A DNA stretch of 50,353 nucleotides, from NCBI GenBank assembly GCA_016180645.1, contig JACPAV010000047.1, positions 1 to 50,353 of the forward strand. Reading direction: 5' to 3'. Under the pieces are notes generated by a model. It saw only the letters and a list, made by a program, of their open reading frames with translations, was not told the origin of the DNA and did no database searches. Source of the stretch: Nitrospirota bacterium. GTDB taxonomy: Bacteria; JACPQY01. Within the stretch, counting starts at the first letter, position 1. Each line of letters opens with the position of its first letter. Below, piece after piece: positions 17,263 through 26,620 of this stretch. The translations under genes were made by a program, and so were the position numbers.

Positions 17263-18444
17263 TCAGATCAACGCGCCGTAGGAGGCGACGATTCGATCGC
17301 CGTAGCGATCCCACGTGAACCCGGCCGCCGCTCGCGCCGCTGAACGACCCATGCGTCGCGTTTCATCGGGGTGTGTGGCAAACCAATCGATCTTCTCGGC
17401 GAGGGCATCGGAATCCCGAATCGGGACAACGAACCCTTCCCGGCCTTCGCAGACAACATCCTCACCCCCGCTGTTCGTGGTGGTCAGAAGTGGAAGACCG
17501 CATGACATGGCTTGAAGCTGCACGGCGGCAAACCCCTCGTCCAGAGTGGGCAGGGCGAAGACATCGGCCTGGGACAGGAGACCGGGCAACTCGGCTTGCG
17601 GAACGCGAGGTTTGTAGATGAAATGGTTTCGGTATCGTTCCAGCACGGGACGCATTTCGTCGTAGACGCTCCCAATCAACCACAATTCCGCTGATTTCGG
17701 GCGGATCTTCCTCCACGCCTCCAGGAGATACGGGATCCCCTTCCCGGCCCTCATCAGTCCGGCATAAATCATTCGAAACACGGAATCCGACTTGGGATGA
17801 GATCGGAACCGCGTTGCATCCACTCCGGGAACAACCCGAATGATGGCGTTCGCCGCGAAACCACGCTCCGAAAACGTTCGTTCGGCATAGCTCGAAACCA
17901 CGGACAGATGTTTCGCCGCATCGTATTCCTTCAAGGAGCGCGCAAGAACCTGGGGCGGAAGCTTGTGATCCAACCCCCACTTCGCAAACTCCTCCGTCAG
18001 GAGCGGCCACCGATATCCGTTGTGAGCCGTTCCAGAGTAGAGAACGAAGGGGATGCCCAGTCGGTGCGCCTTCCGCATCGTGAAAAGCGAATGCTCCGCC
18101 CAGCCGACGACCAAGTCGTAGGTGCGGTCGACGAACCGGCTGACCCACAGGTCGAATAGGAAATGGCGGGGGTGATACCAATAGTCGGTGTAGTCCATCC
18201 CCAAGGCTCTCTTCGCCGCACGGGGGAGACGGTCCAGACCCCGTGTGGCCTCCACCCAAGGCATGATACGGACTCGTGACGGCGTGATGGCCTCGGCGTC
18301 CACCCGCCGCACCCACTTCCACAGGATCCCGCTCGCCCGCGAGTAGAACGAGGTCAGGAAAAGCCCAAGGTGCCCACGCCGGTCGAGTTGGCTCGCCAAG
18401 TGGAACGCATGAAACTTGCTGGATGCGGCAAGAAGGATCTTCAT
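17263..18444 (-). CDS. GT4 glycosyltransferase
   Basis: ATG 18444 MKILLA; KGIPYLLEAW, DVFALPTLDEGF...AMSCGLP. Confidence 0.88.
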   Translation of the reverse strand: MKILLAASSKFHAFHLASQLDRRGHLGLFLTSFYSRASGILWKWVRRVDAEAITPSRVRIMPWVEATRGLDRLPRAAKRALGMDYTDYWYHPRHFLFDLWVSRFVDRTYDLVVGWAEHSLFTMRKAHRLGIPFVLYSGTAHNGYRWPLLTEEFAKWGLDHKLPPQVLARSLKEYDAAKHLSVVSSYAERTFSERGFAANAIIRVVPGVDATRFRSHPKSDSVFRMIYAGLMRAGKGIPYLLEAWRKIRPKSAELWLIGSVYDEMRPVLERYRNHFIYKPRVPQAELPGLLSQADVFALPTLDEGFAAVQLQAMSCGLPLLTTTNSGGEDVVCEGREGFVVPIRDSDALAEKIDWFATHPDETRRMGRSAARAAAGFTWDRYGDRIVASYGALI

Positions 18445-19631
18445 GAATGGAAGGCGTGAAGCACGGCCTGAACGAAACCGTCCGCGCTTCGACGATGGTT
18501 CCAAGACCGAATCTTCCCCAGCGAAGCCTTCCCCATCGACCGCCGGAGCTTTGAGTCCCTGAGGAGACGTTTCAGATAGCCCCCCAGCAATTCGACATGA
18601 CCCGCAGGGTAAACGAAACCGTTCGCGCCGGCTTCGACCAGATCCTCGGCGCACGGAACCCGATCGCTGGCAATCACCGGCAGCCCGGCGCACATCGCTT
18701 CATTCACGGCCAGGCCGAAGGTCTCCCCGGGCCCCGAAGGCATGACGAAGACGTCCGCCAACGCATAGAGGCCCGGCATGGCCGATTGATTCTGGAATCC
18801 GGTGAAGACAGCATGGACACGATTGAGGTTCGCCACTCGTCGCCGGAGGTCTTCGCGCAAGGGCCCGTCACCTACAACAAGCAGACTCACATCCAGACCG
18901 CACCGGTCCAACGCCTCCAAGACGTCGCCCGGACGTTTTCGTTCGATGAGTTTTCCCGAAAACATCACCATCGGCCGATCCGGGGGAAGATTCCAACGGC
19001 TCAACGCCGCCGCCCGCTCCCGGCGCCGCCTCGCGGCTTCGCGGATGAAGAAGTCGTTGTCCACGGCATAGGGCGCAAGAAAAATTCGATCGCGCGGGAC
19101 GCCATGAGCCTCGTAAAACCGCCGGCTCGACGTGCCGATGGCGGCGCATGCGCCGGCCCGGGAGCAGAGCGCGCGCAGGAGACGTTCACGAATGCCCCCC
19201 TTGGGCCTTTCATTCGCGGGCAACCACACACTCTCGCCCGCCAACACGACGGGAACTCCGCGCAGGCGGGCGGCGAGAAAGGCCAGCCAATAGGTTGAAA
19301 TCGCATAGCCGTGGATGGCCACCACGTCGAACGATCCGCGGACAATCGGAGGGATGACGCCGGGATTGATCAGCCGCCAGAAAAACGCCCGCGAGGGAAC
19401 AAACGGAAGGGGGGACACGTTCCGTAGGAATTCGTGGTCGTAACCTCCCAGGAGAGGAACATCCCACTTGAACTTCGACCGGAAGTCGGCGTCGAAGCCG
19501 GAAGACGGCCCGAAGTTCTCGCAGTAGAGAACCGTGAGCCGGATCTCCCTGCGCGCGGCCAGTCGACGGAAGAAAGGAGCATGGTATTGGACCGGATGCT
19601 GGACGATGTAGGCGACTCTCAATTGGGCCAT
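18441..19631 (-). CDS. GT4 glycosyltransferase
   Basis: HPVQYHAP, GKLIERK, GFQNQ, ETFGLAVNEAM. Confidence 0.9.
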   Translation of the reverse strand: MAQLRVAYIVQHPVQYHAPFFRRLAARREIRLTVLYCENFGPSSGFDADFRSKFKWDVPLLGGYDHEFLRNVSPLPFVPSRAFFWRLINPGVIPPIVRGSFDVVAIHGYAISTYWLAFLAARLRGVPVVLAGESVWLPANERPKGGIRERLLRALCSRAGACAAIGTSSRRFYEAHGVPRDRIFLAPYAVDNDFFIREAARRRRERAAALSRWNLPPDRPMVMFSGKLIERKRPGDVLEALDRCGLDVSLLVVGDGPLREDLRRRVANLNRVHAVFTGFQNQSAMPGLYALADVFVMPSGPGETFGLAVNEAMCAGLPVIASDRVPCAEDLVEAGANGFVYPAGHVELLGGYLKRLLRDSKLRRSMGKASLGKIRSWNHRRSADGFVQAVLHAFHS

Positions 19632-20758
19632 AGATACGCGAGATTTTCCTTGACCCTCTCACCGAACACTTCGAAAGAGAAATTCTCCCGGGCGGTTTCA
19701 CGCAGGACGGCCGGATCGGTGAGCGAAGACCCCACTCGCTTGTCCAGGATCGATTCAATCGCTGCCGCAATTTCGGGCGGTGACAGGGGGTTGACGAGAA
19801 GCCCCAATCTCCCATCCAGCAGGGCATCACGAGATCCATCCCCATTCCCGGCAATGACCGGTTTCCCGCAGGCGAGGGCTTCGAGGTAGACGATGCCGAA
19901 CCCTTCGAACCGGCTCGGCATCACGAAGACGTCGCAGGCCCGGTAGTACCCGACGCACTCATCGGGCCCGGCCGGACCCGCAAACACGACCCGGTCCCGA
20001 ACGCCGTCCTCCTGCGCCGCTCGCTCGAGTCTCGCGCGATCATCGCCCTCGCCGACGATGACGTAGCGCAGGTCGGTGAATTTCGGCGCGAGGATCTTCA
20101 CGGCATGTATGACCTCGGCATGTCCTTTGTATCGTTCGGTGGACGCCAATCGCCCAACCGTCAACAGGACTCTCTTTCCGCTGAGATGGAGGCGCTCAAG
20201 AAGTTCGGGAGGCGCCGGCCCCGGCGTGAAAGTGTTGAAATCCGCAGGACGAGGCAGGACGCGGATCTTCGAGGCGTCAACCGGCTGGATGGATAGGATC
20301 AAATCCTTCGTAAACCGGCTGGCCGCATGGATCATGCGCGCCCGTCGGATCCCGCGGGACAAGATCCCGCGCGGGGCAAGGGCCAGCTCCCAGGCGTGCG
20401 TCTCAAGGATAAACGGAAGCCGCAACCCGTAATGCAGAGTGAGGGCGACCGGCAGGAAGTTGACATGGCCGCACCACACCGCATCCGGTCGGTGGAACAC
20501 CGCCTGCCCCAGCGCCAGCGTCGCCCATCGGACTTTGGACAGTCCGGAGGGGCGAGGGCCGCCCGCCCTGATCCGGATTCGACCCTGCGAGGCGGGGGGT
20601 GTCAGGAGAGCCGTGATTCCGGGTGAACCCCGGAGCAACAGAACCTCCGCATCGAGAACGACCGGCGATGCGCAGACGGCTTTCAGAAGATGGCGCGAGT
20701 AGCCCTGGATCCCGCCGGAACCTTCCGAGATTTCCCCAAAAAGAAAAAGAATTCTCAC
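19619..20758 (-). CDS. GT4 glycosyltransferase
   Basis: GGIQ, VGRLASTERYKG, EGFGIVYLEALACG. Confidence 0.9.
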   Translation of the reverse strand: MRILFLFGEISEGSGGIQGYSRHLLKAVCASPVVLDAEVLLLRGSPGITALLTPPASQGRIRIRAGGPRPSGLSKVRWATLALGQAVFHRPDAVWCGHVNFLPVALTLHYGLRLPFILETHAWELALAPRGILSRGIRRARMIHAASRFTKDLILSIQPVDASKIRVLPRPADFNTFTPGPAPPELLERLHLSGKRVLLTVGRLASTERYKGHAEVIHAVKILAPKFTDLRYVIVGEGDDRARLERAAQEDGVRDRVVFAGPAGPDECVGYYRACDVFVMPSRFEGFGIVYLEALACGKPVIAGNGDGSRDALLDGRLGLLVNPLSPPEIAAAIESILDKRVGSSLTDPAVLRETARENFSFEVFGERVKENLAYLWPN

Positions 20759-20761
20759 GCT

Positions 20762-22609
20762 TCAAAGGGTGGCTGCAGTCCGGTCCACCCAGAGCCGCAG
20801 GATCACCATGGCCCATACCCGCGCCCACGGTTCCCGGTCTTGGAGAAATCGGCGCCAAAGGCCGGATAAGGCCTCCTGATTCAGCCACGTCAGGCCCGGA
20901 TGTGGTGAAAGCAGGATTTCTTCAATTCGCTTCTGCCATGGGCCTTTCATCCAGACGGCGATGGGAAAGAAGAATCCCCTCTTCGGTCGACGCGTGATGG
21001 ACGCCGGTATCTTCCCTTCCAGCGCATCCAGGAGAAGCTTCTTGGGAGGCGCGAGCGATTTCCATCCTTCGGGCAGACCCAGCATCCACTCCACGAGGAG
21101 ATGGTCCAGAAACGGGCAACGGACCTCGAGGGAATGCGCCATGCTCATCAGATCGGTGTCCCGCAGAAGTTGGTTCAGCATGTAGCCTCGGAGTTCCAGC
21201 CACGAGATGGCGTCCATGAGGGATGCCCCTTCGATTTCGGCCGGCGTCGGGATCGAGTCCTGCGTATCCGGGGCGGATGGGAAAAGATTCCTTACGGCCT
21301 CCGGAGGGAAGAGCCCGCGCACGGCCTCGTAGGCTCGATGAACCATCGGCTGTCCGTCCAGAAGGATCTCCGCCTTGCGGTACGAGGCCGGCACGATGGG
21401 AAGACGCAGAAGAAACCTTCCCAGACGCTCTCCCCCAGGAAAGGCATGGGCGAATCTCGATCCCTTCAGCAATCGAGGCACCATTCTGAAGGATGGATAG
21501 CCGCCGAATAGCTCGTCCGATCCCAGTCCGGAGAGCGCCACCTTCACTCCGCCCTCCCTCGCCACCTTCGAGATAAAGTAGGTGTTCACGCCGTCGATGG
21601 TGGGCTGGTCCATGGCGCCAACGATCCGGGGGATTTCGTCCCACACTTCGTCGGCGCTGAACGTTCGCGACGTGTGCTCCGTGCCGAACGCCTCCGCCGT
21701 GCGCCGGGCCGCGCTGCTTTCGTCAAATCCCTTTTCCGAGAACCCCGCGGTAAAGGTGCGAATCGTCGGGCAACCGGCCATCCGGAGCAAAGCTACAATC
21801 GCCGTGGAATCGATTCCTCCGCTGAGGAAAACTCCCACGGGAACATCGCTGACCAATCGAAGCCGGGTGGACTCAACGAGGAGCGAACGCAGCCGATCCA
21901 GGGCTTCCCGGTAGGACATGGGATCAATGGCGCGGAGCGAGTTAGGCCAATAGGAACCGGACTCCGTCTTGCCGCCCCTCCAGCGCATCCAGGAAGAGGC
22001 CTGGAGAAGTCGGGCTCCTTTCCAGATCGTTCTCCCCTCGTAAACCGAGCCGAATCGGAGAAAACTGAGGAGCGCCTCCGGATCGAGGCATCGCTCGACC
22101 ACCCCCCCCCGGACGAGTGCCTTGAGTTCGGATGCAAAGGCGAGTGATTTTCCGTTGGAGGCGGTGTACAGCGGTTTCTTTCCCAGACGGTCGCGCGCTA
22201 GAAATAGCTCGTGATTTCTCTCACTCCACACACCCAGCGCGAACATGCCCCGAAGTTCGTCCAAACTGCGGACCCCCCTTCGGGATAGACCGGCAAGCAC
22301 GGTCTCCGTATCCGTCTTGGAACGGAACTCCACCCCGGAGGCTTCCAAGTTCCGGCGCAAGGCTTGGAAGTTGTAGACTTCGCCGTTGTAAGTGCCCTGC
22401 TGTCGTCCTTCGGGAGCTTCCATGGGTTGGCGGCCCGCGGCCGAGAGGTCGATGATCGAAAGCCGCCGATGCGCCAGCGCCGCGCGTTTGTCCGCCGAAA
22501 TGTAGAATCCCTCGTCGTCGGGCCCGCGATGACGCAGAGTTCCTTGCATGGCCTTCACGGCTTCCGGGTCAACCGGAGCCGTCGAAACGAGTCCCGCAAT
22601 ACCGCACAT
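20762..22609 (-). CDS. asnB: Asparagine synthetase (glutamine-hydrolysing) family amidotransferase, probably acting on glycan
   Basis: N-terminal MCGIAG (Ntn Cys), HRGPD, RRLSIID, NGEVYN, SGGIDS, SGLGSDELFGGY, SLEVRCPFLD. Confidence 0.9.
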   Translation of the reverse strand: MCGIAGLVSTAPVDPEAVKAMQGTLRHRGPDDEGFYISADKRAALAHRRLSIIDLSAAGRQPMEAPEGRQQGTYNGEVYNFQALRRNLEASGVEFRSKTDTETVLAGLSRRGVRSLDELRGMFALGVWSERNHELFLARDRLGKKPLYTASNGKSLAFASELKALVRGGVVERCLDPEALLSFLRFGSVYEGRTIWKGARLLQASSWMRWRGGKTESGSYWPNSLRAIDPMSYREALDRLRSLLVESTRLRLVSDVPVGVFLSGGIDSTAIVALLRMAGCPTIRTFTAGFSEKGFDESSAARRTAEAFGTEHTSRTFSADEVWDEIPRIVGAMDQPTIDGVNTYFISKVAREGGVKVALSGLGSDELFGGYPSFRMVPRLLKGSRFAHAFPGGERLGRFLLRLPIVPASYRKAEILLDGQPMVHRAYEAVRGLFPPEAVRNLFPSAPDTQDSIPTPAEIEGASLMDAISWLELRGYMLNQLLRDTDLMSMAHSLEVRCPFLDHLLVEWMLGLPEGWKSLAPPKKLLLDALEGKIPASITRRPKRGFFFPIAVWMKGPWQKRIEEILLSPHPGLTWLNQEALSGLWRRFLQDREPWARVWAMVILRLWVDRTAATL

Positions 22610-22719
22610 CGAGTTGGGGCTACGGTATCAATCTCTCCGAAGGGCAACAAGCGCCCTTGGAGGGAATCAGCTTTGAACCGGGGTTTCCGCCGTCGAGCGC
22701 AGGCTTCGGATTGTCGCGG

Positions 22720-23994
22720 TCAGGCGGAGGCAGTTGTTTTCTTCCTGAGGATCTGGAAAGCCAAGATGCCGAAGGCCGACAGCCCAAATGCGAAGAGGTT
22801 TGCGCGAGTGATGTTCTTTCGCAGGTCGGGCCCCACTTGAGCGCCCGGAAGGGGCGCCGGATCGATCACGATCACCCCCGGCACGATATCCGCGGCCGCC
22901 AGCACACGCGTCTCTTCCAGCTTGCGGCCGATCGCCTGGTAGCTGTCGGAAAGGACTTCGTACTGAAGTTTGATCATCCCCAATTGCCGCTCTACCCGTG
23001 TGATTTCCGATTCGAGTTGGCGCATCTTGGCGGCGGTCTGCACGCGGTTCTCAATGAGTTCCTTTCGCTTGGCGCTGAGACCGCTCAACGTCTCCTCCAG
23101 CTTGATCTTCGATCCCAAAGCGCCCAGGTAGGTCTCATTGATCTCCCGGTCTCCCGATCCGCCTCCGGACGAACCGGACGGCCGCACGGCGGGTCCCTGT
23201 CCTCCTACCTGGGTCGGAAAGGCCGACAGATTTCCTCTTATGCTCTCCAGCCTGCCACTGGTTTCGGCGATATCGTGCCCGAGCTTGCTCAGCTCCCTGG
23301 CGGTGCCTTCGAGAATGATTTTAGTCTCTTCGAAATCGGACTTTCGGGTCGCCACGCTGAACTTCTTCTCGATGGCATCCAACCGGCCGGCGGTCTCGTC
23401 CATCTTGGCCGTCACCGTCGCAAGTGCGGCCTCCAAAGATTCCTGCATGGTTGCATAGCGACTGGCCTTGATCTCGCGGGATGTATTGACAAGGGCCTGC
23501 CCCATGAAGTTGGCCATCTTCTGCGCGAGAACCGGGTCCGGGGAGCTGGCGGTCACGTAGAACAGACGGTCCCCTCCCCCCTTGCTGAACCGGATCATCG
23601 ACTTCAGACTGTCCGCCGAGTAGTTATAGGGCGGCTGATCGAGTTGGAGGCCCTTCACGATTTCCATCATCACCCGGTTGCTTGTGGCGAGCTCCCGGTA
23701 GAGATCGGCGCTCAGGGAAAGACCCCCCGGCCCCCCCCTGCTCATGCCGCCGCCCGAGCCTTTGCCTGACGCACTCTCCCCCCCCGACATGGACTCGGAC
23801 TCCATGATGACCAACGAACACGTGGCTTCGTAATACCTGGGTATCCGCTTTGTTCGCACGACGGTCACCGCCGTCGCCCCCGCCATCACCAGCACGAAAA
23901 TCCACTTGGCCCGCCAAAGAATCATGAGGTAGTCGAAGAATTTGAAATCCACTTCGGACAGTTCCTCCTTGCGAGGGGTTCGGGGTTCAACCAT
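22720..23994 (-). CDS. Wzz/polysaccharide co-polymerase-like protein without a kinase domain
   Basis: GGAGG before ATG 23994; EVDF...WRAKW plus TM1, YEAT, long coiled coil, IDPAPLP...GP plus TM2. Confidence 0.75.
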   Translation of the reverse strand: MVEPRTPRKEELSEVDFKFFDYLMILWRAKWIFVLVMAGATAVTVVRTKRIPRYYEATCSLVIMESESMSGGESASGKGSGGGMSRGGPGGLSLSADLYRELATSNRVMMEIVKGLQLDQPPYNYSADSLKSMIRFSKGGGDRLFYVTASSPDPVLAQKMANFMGQALVNTSREIKASRYATMQESLEAALATVTAKMDETAGRLDAIEKKFSVATRKSDFEETKIILEGTARELSKLGHDIAETSGRLESIRGNLSAFPTQVGGQGPAVRPSGSSGGGSGDREINETYLGALGSKIKLEETLSGLSAKRKELIENRVQTAAKMRQLESEITRVERQLGMIKLQYEVLSDSYQAIGRKLEETRVLAAADIVPGVIVIDPAPLPGAQVGPDLRKNITRANLFAFGLSAFGILAFQILRKKTTASA

Positions 23995-24096
23995 GACGCC
24001 TCCATATCCCACAAAACCGTTCCCTGTTCAAGGCCTCCGTCCGGCCCTATCGACCATGCTCCCACCTTCCGGGAGAGCTCCGTTGGGCGCCATGTT

Positions 24097-24105
24097 TGGT
24101 ATAAT
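24097..24105 (+). promoter_or_regulatory. Extended -10 promoter element
   Basis: TG-g-TATAAT, 10 nt before the in-frame ATG 24116. Confidence 0.6.
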
Positions 24106-24115
24106 GCGCGCGAAC

Positions 24116-25483
24116 ATGTCCGCATCTTCCCCCGCATCATCCCCAAAGAATCCGGAGGCGATACCGGCCTCTCGTGGCAACCCCCGTAGTCCGGAAGACG
24201 TCCGATCCGACAAGTCGTCAATCGGGTCCGCAACCACCCTGATCGATTCGAAGGAGCCCAGGGTGGCACTTGTACACGACTGGCTCACCGGTATGCGCGG
24301 GGGAGAGAAGGTCCTCGAGGTGTTGTGCGAATTGTATCCACGCGCAGACCTTTTCACATTGGTTCACGTGAAAGGCTCGGTATCCAAGGTGATCGAAGAG
24401 AGGCGGATCGAAACGTCGTTCGTCCAACGGTTCCCCCGAGTGGCCCAGTATTACCGCCACTGCCTGCCTCTTTTCCCCACCGCCGTCGAACGGTTCAATT
24501 TGAACGGGTATGATCTGGTCATCAGCAACAGTCATTGCGTGGCCAAAGGAATCATCCCCGCACCGGGTGCATGCCATGTTTCCTTCGTCCTTACCCCAAT
24601 GAGATACGTCTGGGACGCCTACGAGCACTATTTCGGCGCCGGGAAGGCTGGCCGTACCCGGAGCGCCAAGGATGGCAGCGGAGGGTGCGGCGCCGGGTCC
24701 GGCGGGCTGGCCGCCTATGTCATGCCCTTCGTCGCCAACTACCTGAGGATGTGGGACGTGGCCTCGACCGCGCGTGTGGATCATCTGATCGGTATCTCCG
24801 GGCACGTGGCCCTTAGGATACGGAGGTACTACGGACGGCATGCGGAGGTGATCCACCCGCCCGTGGATCTCTCCCGTTTCGGCGTTTCGACCAAATCCGA
24901 CGGGTATTATCTCGCCCTCGGCGCCTTCGCCCCCTACAAACGGGTCGACCTGGCGATCGAAGCGTTCAATCGCATGGGGCGCCGCCTGATTGTGGCGGGG
25001 GGGGGGCAGGACGAACGCAGGCTCAGAAAACTGTCCGGTCCCACCATCCGGCTGGTACCGCAACCCGACGACCGGGAAGTCGTGGATCTCCTTCGCGGTT
25101 GTGAAGCGCTGGTTTTTCCAGGCGAGGAGGACTACGGAATCGTCCCGCTCGAAGCGATGGCTTGTGGGAAGCCGGTCTTGGCCTATGCAAAAGGGGGAAT
25201 CCTCGAAACGACGCGTCCACTCGATGGGCCGGGGTCCGCAGGCCCCCCGACGGCCGTACACTTTCAAGAACAGACGGTCGAATCCCTGGTCGACGCTCTC
25301 GCGCTGTTCGAAACGAGGAGGGAGGCCTTCGATCCCCTACAGATCCGTCGTCATGCGGAATCTTTCTCCCGCGACGCTTTCAAGATAACGCTCGGCCGGC
25401 GTCTGAAGGAGCTGTATTCGCAGCATGTCGAAGCGCTTCGGGCGCACGGGCAGGGCCCACACCCTGCCGCCATCCAAGTCTGA
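24116..25483 (+). CDS. GT4 glycosyltransferase
   Basis: VALVHDWLTGMRGGEKVL, TPMRYVWD, PYKRVDLAI, EEDYGIVPLEAMACG; start uncertain. Confidence 0.88.
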   Translation: MSASSPASSPKNPEAIPASRGNPRSPEDVRSDKSSIGSATTLIDSKEPRVALVHDWLTGMRGGEKVLEVLCELYPRADLFTLVHVKGSVSKVIEERRIETSFVQRFPRVAQYYRHCLPLFPTAVERFNLNGYDLVISNSHCVAKGIIPAPGACHVSFVLTPMRYVWDAYEHYFGAGKAGRTRSAKDGSGGCGAGSGGLAAYVMPFVANYLRMWDVASTARVDHLIGISGHVALRIRRYYGRHAEVIHPPVDLSRFGVSTKSDGYYLALGAFAPYKRVDLAIEAFNRMGRRLIVAGGGQDERRLRKLSGPTIRLVPQPDDREVVDLLRGCEALVFPGEEDYGIVPLEAMACGKPVLAYAKGGILETTRPLDGPGSAGPPTAVHFQEQTVESLVDALALFETRREAFDPLQIRRHAESFSRDAFKITLGRRLKELYSQHVEALRAHGQGPHPAAIQV

Positions 25484-25492
25484 CCACGGGCC

Positions 25493-26578
25493 TTGCAGAC
25501 CCTTGTTGTCAAGATCGGCGCCATAGGGGATATCCTCATGTCCACTCCTGCCCTGCGCGCTTTGAAGAAGTCGGATCCCGGAGGTCGATTGACCGTCATG
25601 GTGGGGCGATCCAGCCGAGTGGCGCTGGAACGGAACCCGGCCGTGGATGAGCTGTGGGAAATCGACGATCGGATCCTCTATCGGGGTGGTCGGACCGATC
25701 GCCTGGCCCTCACCCTCCGTCTCACCCTGGAAATCCGCAGGAGGAAGTTCGACCGGGTGTTCGTGCTCCACCGGGACTGGAGATTCAATCTCCTCGCACT
25801 CCTGGGCGGCATTCACAGGAGGTATGGGTTCGATCGGGGCGGGGAAGGATTGTTCCTCACCGGGCGGTTCCGGCCTACGGACGGCGCGCACCATGTTCGG
25901 CAGTACTTGGGCGTCCTGGAGACGGCAGGCGTGCCGTCCGACGGAATCCACATGGACTATCATCCAGGCACGCCTGATCGGGCGGAGGATCTCCTGACCA
26001 GGAATGGAGTTCCACCGGGAAGAGAGCTTGTCGGGATCGCGCCCGGCGGGGCCCGAAACATTCGCGAAATCATGGACACCCGCCGCTGGCCCGTTGAGTT
26101 CTATGGAAGGCTCGTAGACTTGATCGTCGAGCGATCGGATTCGGAAGTTCTGGTTTTCGGCGCGGAGAGCGACCGGTTCCTTGCGGGAACGTTTGAAGGG
26201 AAGCCGCCCAGAGTCCACCGCCTGTTCGGAAAGACTGATCTTCCCCAACTGGCCACGATGATGAAACAGTGCAGAGTAGTGGTGGCGAACGACAGCGGTC
26301 CCATGCACCTCGCGGCAGCCGTGGAGGTCCCGGTCGTTTCGTTATTCGGACCGACCGATCCCAGGGAGAAGTTTCCCCTGAACGACGGCAGCATCCACCT
26401 GTGGAAGCCCGAAGGGCTCGCCTGTTGCCCCTGCTATCGGGACGGGAGATTCCCCGCCTGTCCGATTGACGTGGCGTGCCTGCGCCGGATCACACCCGAG
26501 GAGGTGTGGGAGAAGGTGAGAGGCTTCCTTCTCGCGCCGGGGAACCGGCAGGAGGGCGGGCGCCGTCTTCCGGTCTGA
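25493..26578 (+). CDS. GT9 (LPS heptosyltransferase-like)
   Basis: GAIGDILMSTPAL, RRWP, NDSGPMHLAAA, FGPT, C-terminal Cys cluster. Confidence 0.88.
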   Translation: MQTLVVKIGAIGDILMSTPALRALKKSDPGGRLTVMVGRSSRVALERNPAVDELWEIDDRILYRGGRTDRLALTLRLTLEIRRRKFDRVFVLHRDWRFNLLALLGGIHRRYGFDRGGEGLFLTGRFRPTDGAHHVRQYLGVLETAGVPSDGIHMDYHPGTPDRAEDLLTRNGVPPGRELVGIAPGGARNIREIMDTRRWPVEFYGRLVDLIVERSDSEVLVFGAESDRFLAGTFEGKPPRVHRLFGKTDLPQLATMMKQCRVVVANDSGPMHLAAAVEVPVVSLFGPTDPREKFPLNDGSIHLWKPEGLACCPCYRDGRFPACPIDVACLRRITPEEVWEKVRGFLLAPGNRQEGGRRLPV

Positions 26579-26620
26579 GACCCGGCACGTGCCTCATCAT
26601 GCGGCCCTCCTTGGCCGCGG

